The notes under the pieces: model-generated | Databases searched by the model: none | The model's input: only the letters and a program-made list of their open reading frames with translations | Told to the model about the DNA's origin: nothing | Part shown: in pieces, positions 27,969-37,015 of the stretch | How the letters are laid out: every line of letters begins with the position of its first letter | Position numbering within the stretch: the first letter of the stretch is position 1 | From: Bacillota bacterium | GTDB taxonomy: Bacteria; Bacillota; Clostridia; Oscillospirales; Oscillospiraceae | Direction: 5' to 3' | Length of the DNA stretch: 48,133 nucleotides | NCBI GenBank assembly: GCA_029003235.1 | Contig: JAQYBZ010000017.1 | Coordinates: forward strand, 1 to 48,133 | Made by a program: the position numbers and the translations under genes

Positions 27969-29140
27969 ATCGGTTCAAACAGACGGCGATCTATGCCCTG
28001 ATGCACGCCGCCCTCTGGAGCACCTATGCGGTGCTGCTGAGTTTTTCCAGTAATTTTCTCTATGCCCAGAATTTTAGCGGCAGCCAGATCAGTCTGGTGC
28101 TGGGGCTGGCTACGGCGGCTTCGGTGATTTTGCAGCTTACCGTGGCGGAGCGTATCAGCCGCAGCCGTGCCGGGCTGCTGTTTTTGGTGCCGCTGGCAGC
28201 GGGAGCGGTTATGCTCCTGAGCTGCGGCGCCATGTTTACGCCCACGGTGGGGCTTGCCGTGGGCGGCTTTGCGGCGGCCTGTTGCCTGCTGCAGATCCTG
28301 CCCGGCATGGTCAACTCTCTGGGCATGAGCGCCATCGAAAAGGGGGCGCCCGTCAATTACAGCATCGCCCGGGGCATCGGTTCGCTGGCCTACAGCGCCG
28401 TGTCTTTTCTGGCGGGGCTGCTGGTGGCAAAGCACGGCCACCTGATGGTTCCCGCGCTGACAGCGGTGACGGTGACGGCGCTGCTGGCGGCGGTGGCACT
28501 GTTCCACTTTCAGGTGGAGGGAAAGCTGGCGACCGGTGGAGCGGAAACGGCGCAGGAGCCGGTCAAACAGGGGTCTTTCCTGCGGCGGCACAAGGCCTTT
28601 GTGGTGTTTCTGGTGGGCAGCGCCCTGCTGTACTTCAACCACAACCTCATCTGCAATTTCATGCTCCAGATCATGCAGGGCAAAGGTGGCGGCGCAGGGG
28701 AGCAGGGTACGGCCAACGCCATCGGCGCGCTGCTGGAGCTTCCGGCCATGTTCGCCTTTACCTGGCTGCTCCATGTGGCCGGGTGCGATAAATGGGTGCG
28801 CCTGTCCTGTGCCTTTTTCGTCCTCAAGGCCGTGGCCATCTATCTGGCGCCCACGCCGCAGTGGGTATATCTGGCGCAGGGCTTCCAGATGGTGGGCTTC
28901 GCCCTGTATTCCATCAGTTCGGTGAACTTCGTGGGCGCTCTGGTGGGACAGGGAGAGACCATCCGCGCCCAGAGCTATCTGGCCGCGACCACGGCACTGG
29001 GCTCTCTGGCGGCCATGTCCACCGGCGGCGTCATCTGCCAGTATCTGGGCGCCCAGACCATGCTTCTGGTGGCGGCTGCCTCTGCGCTGCTGGGAATGGC
29101 CTTTGTCATGGCAGCCGCCCGGCAGGCGAAAAAAGCATAG
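27965..29140 (+). CDS. MFS transporter
   Basis: About 12 hydrophobic segments across 391 aa. It overlaps the dus stop (ATGA). The substrate cannot be inferred. Confidence 0.8.
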   Translation: MNRFKQTAIYALMHAALWSTYAVLLSFSSNFLYAQNFSGSQISLVLGLATAASVILQLTVAERISRSRAGLLFLVPLAAGAVMLLSCGAMFTPTVGLAVGGFAAACCLLQILPGMVNSLGMSAIEKGAPVNYSIARGIGSLAYSAVSFLAGLLVAKHGHLMVPALTAVTVTALLAAVALFHFQVEGKLATGGAETAQEPVKQGSFLRRHKAFVVFLVGSALLYFNHNLICNFMLQIMQGKGGGAGEQGTANAIGALLELPAMFAFTWLLHVAGCDKWVRLSCAFFVLKAVAIYLAPTPQWVYLAQGFQMVGFALYSISSVNFVGALVGQGETIRAQSYLAATTALGSLAAMSTGGVICQYLGAQTMLLVAAASALLGMAFVMAAARQAKKA

Positions 29141-29143
29141 AAA
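29114..29143 (+). repeat. Direct repeat copy 1 (native 3' end of the MFS gene including its stop codon)
   Basis: gccgcccggcaggCgaaaaaagcatagaaa is repeated at 31960-31989 with a single mismatch. Confidence 0.85.
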
Positions 29144-29149
29144 CGCAGT

Positions 29150-29420
29150 TTGCTGTGAGGTGGGAAGTCTGAAGTGCGGAATACTCATGGCGGTGCATGG
29201 AAGTACCTGTGCGTGCAGAGCATCCTGCAGAGACTGACACAGATGATTCTGTCCGGGGAGACAGCCCGGTGTAAAGGCTGCAAATACCGTTTGCCGGTTC
29301 GTCGTTGGAACCCTTCCACGCACTATGGGGGCAAAGGCGGCTCCCGAATTGGTCACGATGATGGCAATGGTGGGGCGCAAACGCATGGCTGATTTGCCGC
29401 GCTCTGAAAATTGCTGCAAA
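29150..29420 (-). pseudogene. Decayed fragment of a BceB/FtsX-type ABC permease paralogous to 32033..34093
   Basis: The minus-strand frame reads ...RPTIAIIVTNSGAAFAPI...LCQSLQDALHAQ..., against the intact permease IPTIAIIVPDFSAAIAPM...LYRSLKDALRAE. An 18-nt identical run atgatggcaatggtgggg occurs at 29358-29375 and 32685-32702. The N-terminal ~450 codons and the C-terminal TM region are missing. Confidence 0.6.
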
Positions 29421-29446
29421 TTCGCGCGAGCAGGGGGCGGGCGCCC

Positions 29447-29475
29447 TTGACACGCCTGAAATTATAAGTTATATT
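29447..29475 (+). promoter_or_regulatory. Sigma-A promoter candidate for the UDP-sugar cassette
   Basis: TTGACA (29447-29452), a 17-nt spacer, then TATATT (29470-29475), leaving a ~220-nt leader before the ATG at 29695. Confidence 0.55.
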
Positions 29476-29694
29476 ACATTTAAGGGATGAAACCCATAAA
29501 AAGGATTTCATCCCAATAAAAATAGTTGGAATTTTATCCTGCCGCCGGCTTCCGAAAGAACGGGAATTCTGGACACAGGACAATGCGGAACATGACATGA
29601 AACAACGGCTGTGGGGCTGACCGTTTCAGCACAATACCCTTTGGCAGAAGCGCCAAAGGCCGGCGCAAGTACTGATTTAAGGAGGGTGTATACG

Positions 29695-30738
29695 ATGAAT
29701 ATTCTAATTACAGGTGCAGCGGGTTTTATCGGCGCGAACCTTGTAAAAGAGCTCCTGAAAGAATCACAGGATACACATATTATCGGTATTGACAACTTAA
29801 ACGACTATTATGACGTTTCCATTAAAGAATACCGCTTGCGGGAAATTGAAAAATACGTCGGTTCCAACCAGTGGACTTTTATAAAGGGAAATATCGCGGA
29901 CAAGGCACTGATCAACGATGTATTTCACCAATACCGCCCCTCCATTGTCGTGAACCTTGCGGCACAGGCCGGTGTCAGATACAGCATTGAGAACCCCGAC
30001 GTCTATATAGAATCCAATGTGATCGGCTTCTACAATATCCTTGAAGCGTGCAGGCATTATCCGGTAGAGCATCTTGTCTATGCATCGTCTTCATCGGTGT
30101 ATGGCTCCAATAAAAAGATTCCCTATTCCGTGGAGGACAAGGTGGACAACCCTGTGTCTCTTTACGCGGCTACAAAAAAATCCAATGAGCTTATGGCCCA
30201 CGCCTATTCAAAGCTATACAATATTCCATCAACAGGTCTGAGATTCTTCACGGTTTACGGACCGGCGGGACGCCCCGATATGGCATATTTCAGCTTTACC
30301 AACAAACTGCTGCGTGGAGATAAGATCCAGATATTCAACTACGGAAACTGCAAACGCGACTTTACTTATGTTGATGATATTGTGAAGGGCGTAAGGCTGG
30401 TCATGCAGGCGCCGCCGCAAAAAAAGAACGGCGAAGACGGATTGCCCATTCCCCCGTATAAGATCTATAACATCGGCAACAGCGCACCGGAGAATCTTCT
30501 GGAGTTTGTGGACATTCTGCAGCAGGAGCTGATTCGCGCCGGGGTGCTGCCTGAAGACTATGACTTTGACGCCCATAAGGAACTGGTTCCCATGCAGCCC
30601 GGAGACGTGCCGGTTACCTATGCCGATACGTCTGCCCTGACGCGCGATTTTGGCTTTGCGCCATCGACAGATCTGAGAACCGGTTTGAGAGAATTTGCCA
30701 ACTGGTACAAAGCGTTTTACATGAAGGGGGAAGAGTAA
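29695..30738 (+). CDS. NAD-dependent epimerase, UDP-glucuronate 4-epimerase type (CapI/Cap1J-like)
   Basis: ATG at 29695 follows AAGGAGGG. Motifs are [39 protein letters not shown] (YxxxK), [15 protein letters not shown] and [10 protein letters not shown]. Confidence 0.88.
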   Translation: MNILITGAAGFIGANLVKELLKESQDTHIIGIDNLNDYYDVSIKEYRLREIEKYVGSNQWTFIKGNIADKALINDVFHQYRPSIVVNLAAQAGVRYSIENPDVYIESNVIGFYNILEACRHYPVEHLVYASSSSVYGSNKKIPYSVEDKVDNPVSLYAATKKSNELMAHAYSKLYNIPSTGLRFFTVYGPAGRPDMAYFSFTNKLLRGDKIQIFNYGNCKRDFTYVDDIVKGVRLVMQAPPQKKNGEDGLPIPPYKIYNIGNSAPENLLEFVDILQQELIRAGVLPEDYDFDAHKELVPMQPGDVPVTYADTSALTRDFGFAPSTDLRTGLREFANWYKAFYMKGEE

Positions 30739-30739
30739 G

Positions 30740-31948
30740 ATGAGAATCGCCGTCGCCGGAACGGGCTATGTGGGATTGTCCATGGCCGTTCTCCTGTCGC
30801 AGCATAATCCCGTCATGGCAGTGGACATCATACCGGAAAAGGTAGAGATGATCAACCGCAGACAATCACCCATTCAGGACAAGGAAATTGAGGAATACTT
30901 ACAAAACAAAGACCTGCACCTTACGGCAACCCTTGACGCGGAAAAAGCATACACCGATGCCGAGATGGTGATTATCGCCGCTCCCACCAACTATGACCCG
31001 CAAAAGAATTTCTTTGATACTTCCGCCGTGGAAACAGTGATAGAAGCGGTCATGAAGTATAGCACCAAGGCATATATGATCATAAAATCCACTGTGCCTG
31101 TGGGATATACGGAGCAGATAAGGAAAAAATATAGTACCAACAGGATTCTGTTCAGCCCGGAGTTTTTAAGAGAGAGCAAGGCGCTGTATGATAATCTGTA
31201 CCCCAGCCGCATCATCGTGGGGACAGACAAGGATGACCCGGACAGCCTGAAAGCGGCGCAGAGCTTTGCGGCACTGCTCCAGCAGGGCGCTATCAAGCAG
31301 GATATTCCAACGCTCTTTATGGGCTTTACGGAAGCCGAAGCGGTAAAGCTGTTTTCCAACGCCTATCTGGCACTGCGCGTGTCTTACTTTAACGAGCTGG
31401 ATACCTATGCGGAGATCAGGGATTTGAACACAAAGCAGATCATTGAGGGCGTCGGCCTTGATCCCAGGATCGGAACGCACTACAACAACCCGTCTTTTGG
31501 TTATGGCGGCTATTGCCTGCCCAAAGACACCAAGCAGCTTTTGGCAAATTACAACGACGTGCCCAATAATATTATTCAGGCCATCGTAGATGCCAACAGA
31601 ACCAGAAAAGACTACATCGCAAACAGAATTTTGCAGATTGCCGGCTTTGATGAGGCCAAAAGCAATAGAATTACTGTGGGCATATACCGTCTTACCATGA
31701 AATCCGGCAGCGATAACTTCCGCCAGAGCTCCATTCAAGGAGTGATGAAGAGAATCAAGGCGAAAGGCGTCGAGGTTCTGGTCTATGAGCCAACGCTGAA
31801 AGACGAGCAATTCTTTAACTCTGAAGTAACCCACGATCTGGACTATTTCAAAAAGAAATGCGCGGTCATCGTTGCAAACCGCTATAACCCGGAGATCGAT
31901 GACGTCATGGATAAAGTCTATACGAGGGATCTGTTCTTCAGAGACTGA
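30740..31948 (+). CDS. ugd: UDP-glucose 6-dehydrogenase
   Basis: [14 protein letters not shown], the catalytic-Cys motif [14 protein letters not shown], and a length of 402 aa. Confidence 0.92.
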   Translation: MRIAVAGTGYVGLSMAVLLSQHNPVMAVDIIPEKVEMINRRQSPIQDKEIEEYLQNKDLHLTATLDAEKAYTDAEMVIIAAPTNYDPQKNFFDTSAVETVIEAVMKYSTKAYMIIKSTVPVGYTEQIRKKYSTNRILFSPEFLRESKALYDNLYPSRIIVGTDKDDPDSLKAAQSFAALLQQGAIKQDIPTLFMGFTEAEAVKLFSNAYLALRVSYFNELDTYAEIRDLNTKQIIEGVGLDPRIGTHYNNPSFGYGGYCLPKDTKQLLANYNDVPNNIIQAIVDANRTRKDYIANRILQIAGFDEAKSNRITVGIYRLTMKSGSDNFRQSSIQGVMKRIKAKGVEVLVYEPTLKDEQFFNSEVTHDLDYFKKKCAVIVANRYNPEIDDVMDKVYTRDLFFRD

Positions 31949-31959
31949 AAAAACAGAGC

Positions 31960-31989
31960 TGCCGCCCGGCAGGAGAAAAAAGCATAGAA
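31960..31989 (+). repeat. Direct repeat copy 2 (orphan copy of the MFS 3' end, downstream of ugd)
   Basis: gccgcccggcaggAgaaaaaagcatagaaa matches 29114-29143 at 29 of 30 positions. No MFS reading frame precedes this copy. Confidence 0.85.
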
Positions 31990-31997
31990 AAGAAGTC

Positions 31998-32033
31998 TGC
32001 CGCACTGCAGGAAGCCTGCAGTGCGGCATTTTT
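31998..32033. terminator. Bidirectional terminator between ugd and the BceB-like permease
   Basis: TGCCGCACTGCAGG (31998-32011), a short loop, CCTGCAGTGCGGCA (32015-32028), then TTTTT. The complement is also followed by a U-rich tract. Confidence 0.75.
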
Positions 32034-34093
32034 CAGGCGGCGTCGGCAGTTTGCTTTGCGCTGCTGACGATGTTGTAATAGGCGTTGGAGGTGGCGCGGT
32101 AGACCAGCGTGTAGAACACGGCAAAGACCAGAAAGGTTATGACTGTGGTCAGAACGAACAGCCAAACGTTGGTCAGATGGAAGCACAGCAGGATCTTCCG
32201 GATCATGGGGAAGGCAAAGGACAGGTGGCACAGAGCCAGCCCAAGAGGCAGGAAAAATACGGTGAGAAGCTGGGAATTGATGCTCCTGCGGATATCCTTT
32301 TCGGTCATGCCCACCTTCTGCATGATCCCAAAGCGCCTTTGATCCTCGTAGCCCTCGCAGACCTGTTTGTAATAGATCATCAGCACCGTGGCAAAGAGAA
32401 ACACGATGCTCAGGATTATGCCCAGATAGAACAGGCCGCCGAAGGTGGCGTAAAAGTCTGTGCGGTTGGCCTCCCGGCTGTCCAGATTCTGGGCATAATA
32501 GTCTGCCGTGCCTGCGATTTCCTCTGCGCGCAGGGCGTCTTTCAGAGACCGGTACAGGTCGACCTGTCCCTGGGCAGACAGTCCCGTATCAAAGTTGTAG
32601 TTCCATTTGAGGATCAGCGCCGGATCGCCGCGGGAGTCCGTCCACGACGCCATGGGGGCAATGGCAGCGCTGAAATCGGGGACAATGATGGCAATGGTGG
32701 GGATCAAACTCATGACCGCGTCGCCGCTTCCCATAAAGGAATCCACCTGCTTTTTGATGCGGAAAGTGCTGCCGCCCCGGAAGGCGATGGTGTCGGCATC
32801 ATAGTCCGTGCGCAGAACATACAGCAGAGCCTCGCCGTCTTCCAGAGTTTCTGCCGTCCCCATACAGGTGTTGTAGTCGGAAAGGGGCAGGAGAAAGAAC
32901 TGGGCAACGCCGGAAAGGGTGGCGGCGCTCAGTGTGTTAACTTCCTTCGGATCGGTTACAATGACTCCGTTTTGCACTACGCCGGCGATGCTGGCGACCC
33001 GGTAGTCGGTTACGCCGGTCAACTGTGCGCCCTGAGCGTCGGCGATGGCCTGCACCTTGTCGCGCAGGGAGGAAGTACCGCCGCCGGTAAGGGAAGCCGG
33101 GTCTGCGTACTGCACCTGCAGATTCATTTCACTGGGGTAACGGCTGCGCAGGGCGTCCTCCGCGCCGAAGTAAAGGGCAGCGGTGGAGGAAATCATCACC
33201 AGCACCATACACGCCATGATACAGATGGAGCCCAGCCCCGCGCCGTTGCGCTTCATCCGGTAGCCCATGGAGGAGACGGAGATAAAGTGGTTGGACTTGT
33301 AATAATAGGCTTTTTTCTTCTGTAAAAGGCGGCAGAGCAGCACAGAGCCGGAGATCATGAGCAGATAAGTGCCGAGGATCACCAGAATCACCGCCACAAA
33401 GAACATGGAAAGGGCGGAAAGCGGGTCTGCCATGGCTACGGCGATGTAGTAGCCCGCGCCCAGAAGCAGAAGTCCCAGGGTTCCAAGAAACCAGTTGCCT
33501 TTGGGCGGTTTTTCTCCAACGGCTTCACTGTGCAGCAGAGAAACGGCGCTGGAAAACCGAACCTGCCGCAGGGTGTTGAGAAACAGCAGCAAAAAAATGA
33601 AGCCGAATACTGCAGAGGTTTGCAAAACGGCGTCGGAAGAGGCGGACAGGGTGTAGGTGGCCTCTCCCTGCATAAGGGCGACCAGTCCCAGCTCCGCCAA
33701 CTTGGACAGCGCCATGCCGGCGGCCAGTCCAACCACGGTGGAGAATACGGCGATCATCAATGATTCCCAGAACAGAACATGGCCGATATTACCCTTACCC
33801 ATGCCCAGAATACTGTACAGGCCGAATTCCTTTTTACGCCGGCGCATCAAGAAAGAATTGGTGTAAAACAGAAAAATACATGCGAAGATCGCCACGACCC
33901 AGCTTCCAAAGCCGAGGGTGGTGCGGATGGTGTCCGCGCCGGCCAGTGCGTCCAGTGCCGGCGTCTGCTGCAAAAAGGCGAGGATATAAAACATCATGAC
34001 CATGCCGACGCAGGTCAGCACATAGGGAAGATACAGCCGCTGGTTCTTCCGGATGCCGTCAAAGGCCAGCTTGGGATAAAATCCTGCTTTCAT
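32033..34093 (-). CDS. BceB-type ABC transporter permease (FtsX family, 10 TM with a large extracellular loop)
   Basis: The 686-aa product begins with the typical FDGIRKNQRLYLPYVL N-terminus. Two FtsX-like TM bundles are separated by a ~200-aa soluble segment. It overlaps the ATPase gene stop. Confidence 0.85.
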   Translation of the reverse strand: MKAGFYPKLAFDGIRKNQRLYLPYVLTCVGMVMMFYILAFLQQTPALDALAGADTIRTTLGFGSWVVAIFACIFLFYTNSFLMRRRKKEFGLYSILGMGKGNIGHVLFWESLMIAVFSTVVGLAAGMALSKLAELGLVALMQGEATYTLSASSDAVLQTSAVFGFIFLLLFLNTLRQVRFSSAVSLLHSEAVGEKPPKGNWFLGTLGLLLLGAGYYIAVAMADPLSALSMFFVAVILVILGTYLLMISGSVLLCRLLQKKKAYYYKSNHFISVSSMGYRMKRNGAGLGSICIMACMVLVMISSTAALYFGAEDALRSRYPSEMNLQVQYADPASLTGGGTSSLRDKVQAIADAQGAQLTGVTDYRVASIAGVVQNGVIVTDPKEVNTLSAATLSGVAQFFLLPLSDYNTCMGTAETLEDGEALLYVLRTDYDADTIAFRGGSTFRIKKQVDSFMGSGDAVMSLIPTIAIIVPDFSAAIAPMASWTDSRGDPALILKWNYNFDTGLSAQGQVDLYRSLKDALRAEEIAGTADYYAQNLDSREANRTDFYATFGGLFYLGIILSIVFLFATVLMIYYKQVCEGYEDQRRFGIMQKVGMTEKDIRRSINSQLLTVFFLPLGLALCHLSFAFPMIRKILLCFHLTNVWLFVLTTVITFLVFAVFYTLVYRATSNAYYNIVSSAKQTADAA

Positions 34094-34854
34094 ACCCGGT
34101 CACCACCTGTCGCAAGTAAAGTCAGGGTGTCGGTGATCTTCTGGTAAAACTGCTGGTCGGAGCTTTGCCCCCGGTAGAGCTGGTGGAAGACCTCTCCGTC
34201 TTTGATAAACAGCACCCGCTGGGCAGAGCTGGCCGCTTTCACGGAATGGGTGACCATGAGGATGGTCTGTCCCGCCCGATTCAGTGCGGTGAACAGGCGC
34301 AGCAGCTCGTCAGTGGCGCGGGAATCCAGCGCGCCCGTAGGCTCGTCGGCAAGCAGCAGCTTGGGCTGGGTGATGACTGCCCGTGCCACGGCGGCGCGCT
34401 GCTTCTGGCCGCCGGAGATCTCATAGGGATACTTTTTCAGAATGTCCGCGATCCCCAGCGTCTGCGCCAGCGGTGCAAGGCGCTGGGCCATTTGCGCATG
34501 GGGCATGGCCGCCAGTACCAGGGGCAGGAAGATATTATCCTCCACCGTAAAGGTGTCCAGCAGATTGAACTCCTGAAACACAAAGCCCAGATTGTCACGG
34601 CGAAAGGCCGCAATGGCGGAATCCCTGATCTTGGACAGATCTCTGCCGTCCAGAATCACGCTGCCGCCCGTGGGTCGATCCAGCGCAGCCAGAAGATTGA
34701 GCAGAGTGGTCTTACCAGAGCCGGACTCACCCATAATGGCCACATATTCTCCCTGTTCCACGCTGAAATTCACATTTTTCAGCGCCTGCACCTGATTGCC
34801 GCCAAAGCGGGTTGTATAGGTCTTTTTCAGGCCGCTGACATTCAAGATTTCCAT
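34090..34854 (-). CDS. BceA-type ABC transporter ATP-binding protein
   Basis: ATG at 34854 follows AGGAGG. Motifs are Walker A GESGSGKTTLLN, the signature SGGQKQR, and Walker B LLLADEPTGALD. Confidence 0.9.
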   Translation of the reverse strand: MEILNVSGLKKTYTTRFGGNQVQALKNVNFSVEQGEYVAIMGESGSGKTTLLNLLAALDRPTGGSVILDGRDLSKIRDSAIAAFRRDNLGFVFQEFNLLDTFTVEDNIFLPLVLAAMPHAQMAQRLAPLAQTLGIADILKKYPYEISGGQKQRAAVARAVITQPKLLLADEPTGALDSRATDELLRLFTALNRAGQTILMVTHSVKAASSAQRVLFIKDGEVFHQLYRGQSSDQQFYQKITDTLTLLATGGDRV

Positions 34855-34942
34855 GGTAATCGCCTCCTGTGTTTTCTGGAGCCATTTTAGCAAAAGCGGA
34901 AAACGCACGCCATGGATTTGGCTTACATTTCCCGCCGGAGTT

Positions 34943-34958
34943 CTTACACTTTTGTAAG
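34943..34958 (-). promoter_or_regulatory. Candidate BceR-type response-regulator binding site upstream of the ABC ATPase gene
   Basis: A perfect inverted repeat CTTACA-N4-TGTAAG fits the TNACA-N4-TGTAA box, as I recall it being reported for Bce-like modules. A third half-site CTTACA lies at 34922-34927, and an extended -10 TGcTAAAAT on the minus strand at 34884-34892. Confidence 0.55.
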
Positions 34959-34960
34959 AC

Positions 34961-35950
34961 CTACTCGCTTTTTAACGGATATTGCTCCAGATCCAGCCGG
35001 AGGGTCGTCCCCTTACCTACTTCAGATGCAGCTTCAATGCCGATGCCGAGATTCTTGCACACCCGGCGGCACAGATACAGGCCGATGCCGCTGGCCTGTT
35101 TGTCAACGCGGCCGTTGCAGCCCGTATACCCCTTTTCAAAGATCCGGGGCAGATCCTCCGGGGCAATGCCGATGCCCGTGTCCTCCACGCACAGGATTTT
35201 AGGGGCGGTCAGGTAGATGCGGATGGCACCCTGACGGGTGTATTTCAGAGCATTGGAAAGTAACTGCTCCAGCACAAAGCACAGCCATTTTTCGTCCGTC
35301 ACCAGCGTGGAACCTGTGGGTGTAAATTCCAGACGGATCTTCCGGCGGATGAATTCGCCTGCAAATTTTTTCACTGCCTGACGAATGATGTCGTCAAGAG
35401 CGTGGGTGCGGAATACATAGTCGCTGGCCGGGGCGTCCAGCCGCAGAAAGGCCAGTACCATCTGGGCGTACTGCTCTACCCGCAGCAGATCGGACTGGAG
35501 CTGTCGGGAGAGCGGGGAGTCCTCGTTTTGAAGCGTCAGGCGCATGGAGGCGATGGGCGTCTTGATCTGGTGCGCCCAGAGGGTGTAGTATTCCGTCATA
35601 TCCCGGTATTTTTTCTCGTCGGCAGCACGAAGGGCGTCCAGCTCTGCCTGCAGCGCCTCCAGCAGCCGCCGGTAGTCCACTTCCTCCATGCTGTCTGCCG
35701 CCGGAAGCCGGCGCAGCAGTTGGGCGCTCTGGTTCTGCGCCTGCACCAGCGCGAGGTGCTTTTTCCGTACCCGGAAAAAATCTGTGAGCAGAAAGACCGC
35801 GCCCAGCAGCAGGCACAGAAGCCCCGGATAGACCAGCGCCGCCAACGGCAGCCGATAGAGGGCAAAGGTGACCAGAAAAACGTCAAAGAACAAAGCCACC
35901 ATGGCCAGCCCCCGCCTGCGCTGGCGGAGATAGGAGAAAAACAGTTTCAT
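34961..35950 (-). CDS. BceS-type intramembrane-sensing histidine kinase
   Basis: ATG at 35950 follows GGGGAGG. Two N-terminal TM helices have almost no extracellular loop. It has the H-box WAHQIKTPIA, plus N and G boxes (LSNALKYT, DTGIGI, GIGLYLC). Confidence 0.85.
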   Translation of the reverse strand: MKLFFSYLRQRRRGLAMVALFFDVFLVTFALYRLPLAALVYPGLLCLLLGAVFLLTDFFRVRKKHLALVQAQNQSAQLLRRLPAADSMEEVDYRRLLEALQAELDALRAADEKKYRDMTEYYTLWAHQIKTPIASMRLTLQNEDSPLSRQLQSDLLRVEQYAQMVLAFLRLDAPASDYVFRTHALDDIIRQAVKKFAGEFIRRKIRLEFTPTGSTLVTDEKWLCFVLEQLLSNALKYTRQGAIRIYLTAPKILCVEDTGIGIAPEDLPRIFEKGYTGCNGRVDKQASGIGLYLCRRVCKNLGIGIEAASEVGKGTTLRLDLEQYPLKSE

Positions 35951-35963
35951 AGGCAGCCTCCCC

Positions 35964-36635
35964 TCACGCCAGCAGGTAGCCCACGCCGAATTTGGTGGTG
36001 ATAAAATGCTCCAGTCCGGCGGCATCCAGCTTTTTTCTCAGACGGTTGACGTTGACCGTCAGCGTGTTTTCATCCACAAAGGCGTCGGTCTGCCACAGGC
36101 GTTCCATGAGCATCTCCCGGCTGACCACCTTGCCCCTGTACTCCATCAGACACAGAAGAATACGGTACTCGTTTTTGGTCAGGGATATTTCTCTGCCCTC
36201 ATAGTGCAGGGAGTTGTCCGCCGTGCTGAGCATGGCGCCCCGCCATTCCAGCACGGGCATGGCGGAGGAAAAGTCGTAGCTGCGGCGCAATATGGCCTGT
36301 ACCTTGGCCATGAGCACACTCTGGTCAAAGGGCTTGGCGATAAAATCGTCGGCGCCCAGATTCATGGCCATAACGATGTTCATGTTGTCGGAAGCAGAGG
36401 AGAGAAACAGAATGGGCACCTGAGACACCTTACGGATCTCGCTGCACCAGTGATAGCCGTTAAAAAAGGGCAGGGAAATGTCCAGCAGCACCAGATGGGG
36501 CGCAAAATCAGAGAATTCTCTCATGACATTCTGAAAATCCTCCACGCAGCGCACCTCCAGCGCCCAGGCTTCCGCCTGCCTGCGGATGGCCTCTGCAATG
36601 CCCCGGTCGTCTTCCACCAGCAACAGCTTGTACAT
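35964..36635 (-). CDS. OmpR-family response regulator (BceR-like)
   Basis: A receiver domain (LLLVEDD...LVLLDISLP) is followed by a winged-helix C-terminus (LTKNEYRILLCLME...TVNVNRLRKKL). Confidence 0.9.
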   Translation of the reverse strand: MYKLLLVEDDRGIAEAIRRQAEAWALEVRCVEDFQNVMREFSDFAPHLVLLDISLPFFNGYHWCSEIRKVSQVPILFLSSASDNMNIVMAMNLGADDFIAKPFDQSVLMAKVQAILRRSYDFSSAMPVLEWRGAMLSTADNSLHYEGREISLTKNEYRILLCLMEYRGKVVSREMLMERLWQTDAFVDENTLTVNVNRLRKKLDAAGLEHFITTKFGVGYLLA

Positions 36636-36667
36636 GTTCAGCCTCCAAATCTGTTTTTTAACAAATA

Positions 36668-36817
36668 ATATAAACGTTTTTGTTGGGCAGATGCGTTTGC
36701 ATCTGCCGCCCCCACACTTTATGCTGGGAATTTTTTGTACAATCTCTATGTTTGCAAATCCCCTGGGATTTGCTGCCGCTGTCTCGCTGCGGTTGATAAA
36801 ACGGTTTTTAACCGTTC
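36668..36817 (+). repeat. Unclassified ~150-nt hairpin-rich element, copy A (sense orientation on the plus strand)
   Basis: It aligns over its whole length with the reverse complement of 41265-41422. Identical 13-mers are atctgccgccccc and gttgataaaacgg. Hairpins are GGCAGATGC-gttt-GCATCTGCC, GCAAATCC-cctg-GGATTTGC and AACGGTT-ttt-AACCGTT. Confidence 0.75.
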
Positions 36818-37015
36818 GTATTCGCAGCCCCGCCCAGACGCATCAGGAGAAACCTGGCAGGGGGATTACATCCATTATACCACACCTTGTTCCCGGAGAA
36901 AAGTCCGACCCTGAATTTGACGTCGATCTGCCGCTGGTTTTTTCATTCGCTATGTGGTATACTGTAAACAGGAAAGCAAACGGTAGAGAGAAGTACCCAT
37001 TTGCGAGGAGATATG

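Noticed and set aside
29174-29392. A 72-aa plus-strand ORF in the MFS-cassette gap.
   Set aside because: It has no RBS. Its similarity to the plus-strand ORF 32021..33325 simply reflects the permease homology on the opposite strand.
27947-29419. A 490-aa minus-strand ORF spanning the MFS gene and the region downstream.
   Set aside because: Most of it is antisense shadow to the MFS gene. Only its first ~90 codons (29150-29420) show real homology, to the BceB-like permease, and that part is reported as a pseudogene fragment rather than as this long ORF.
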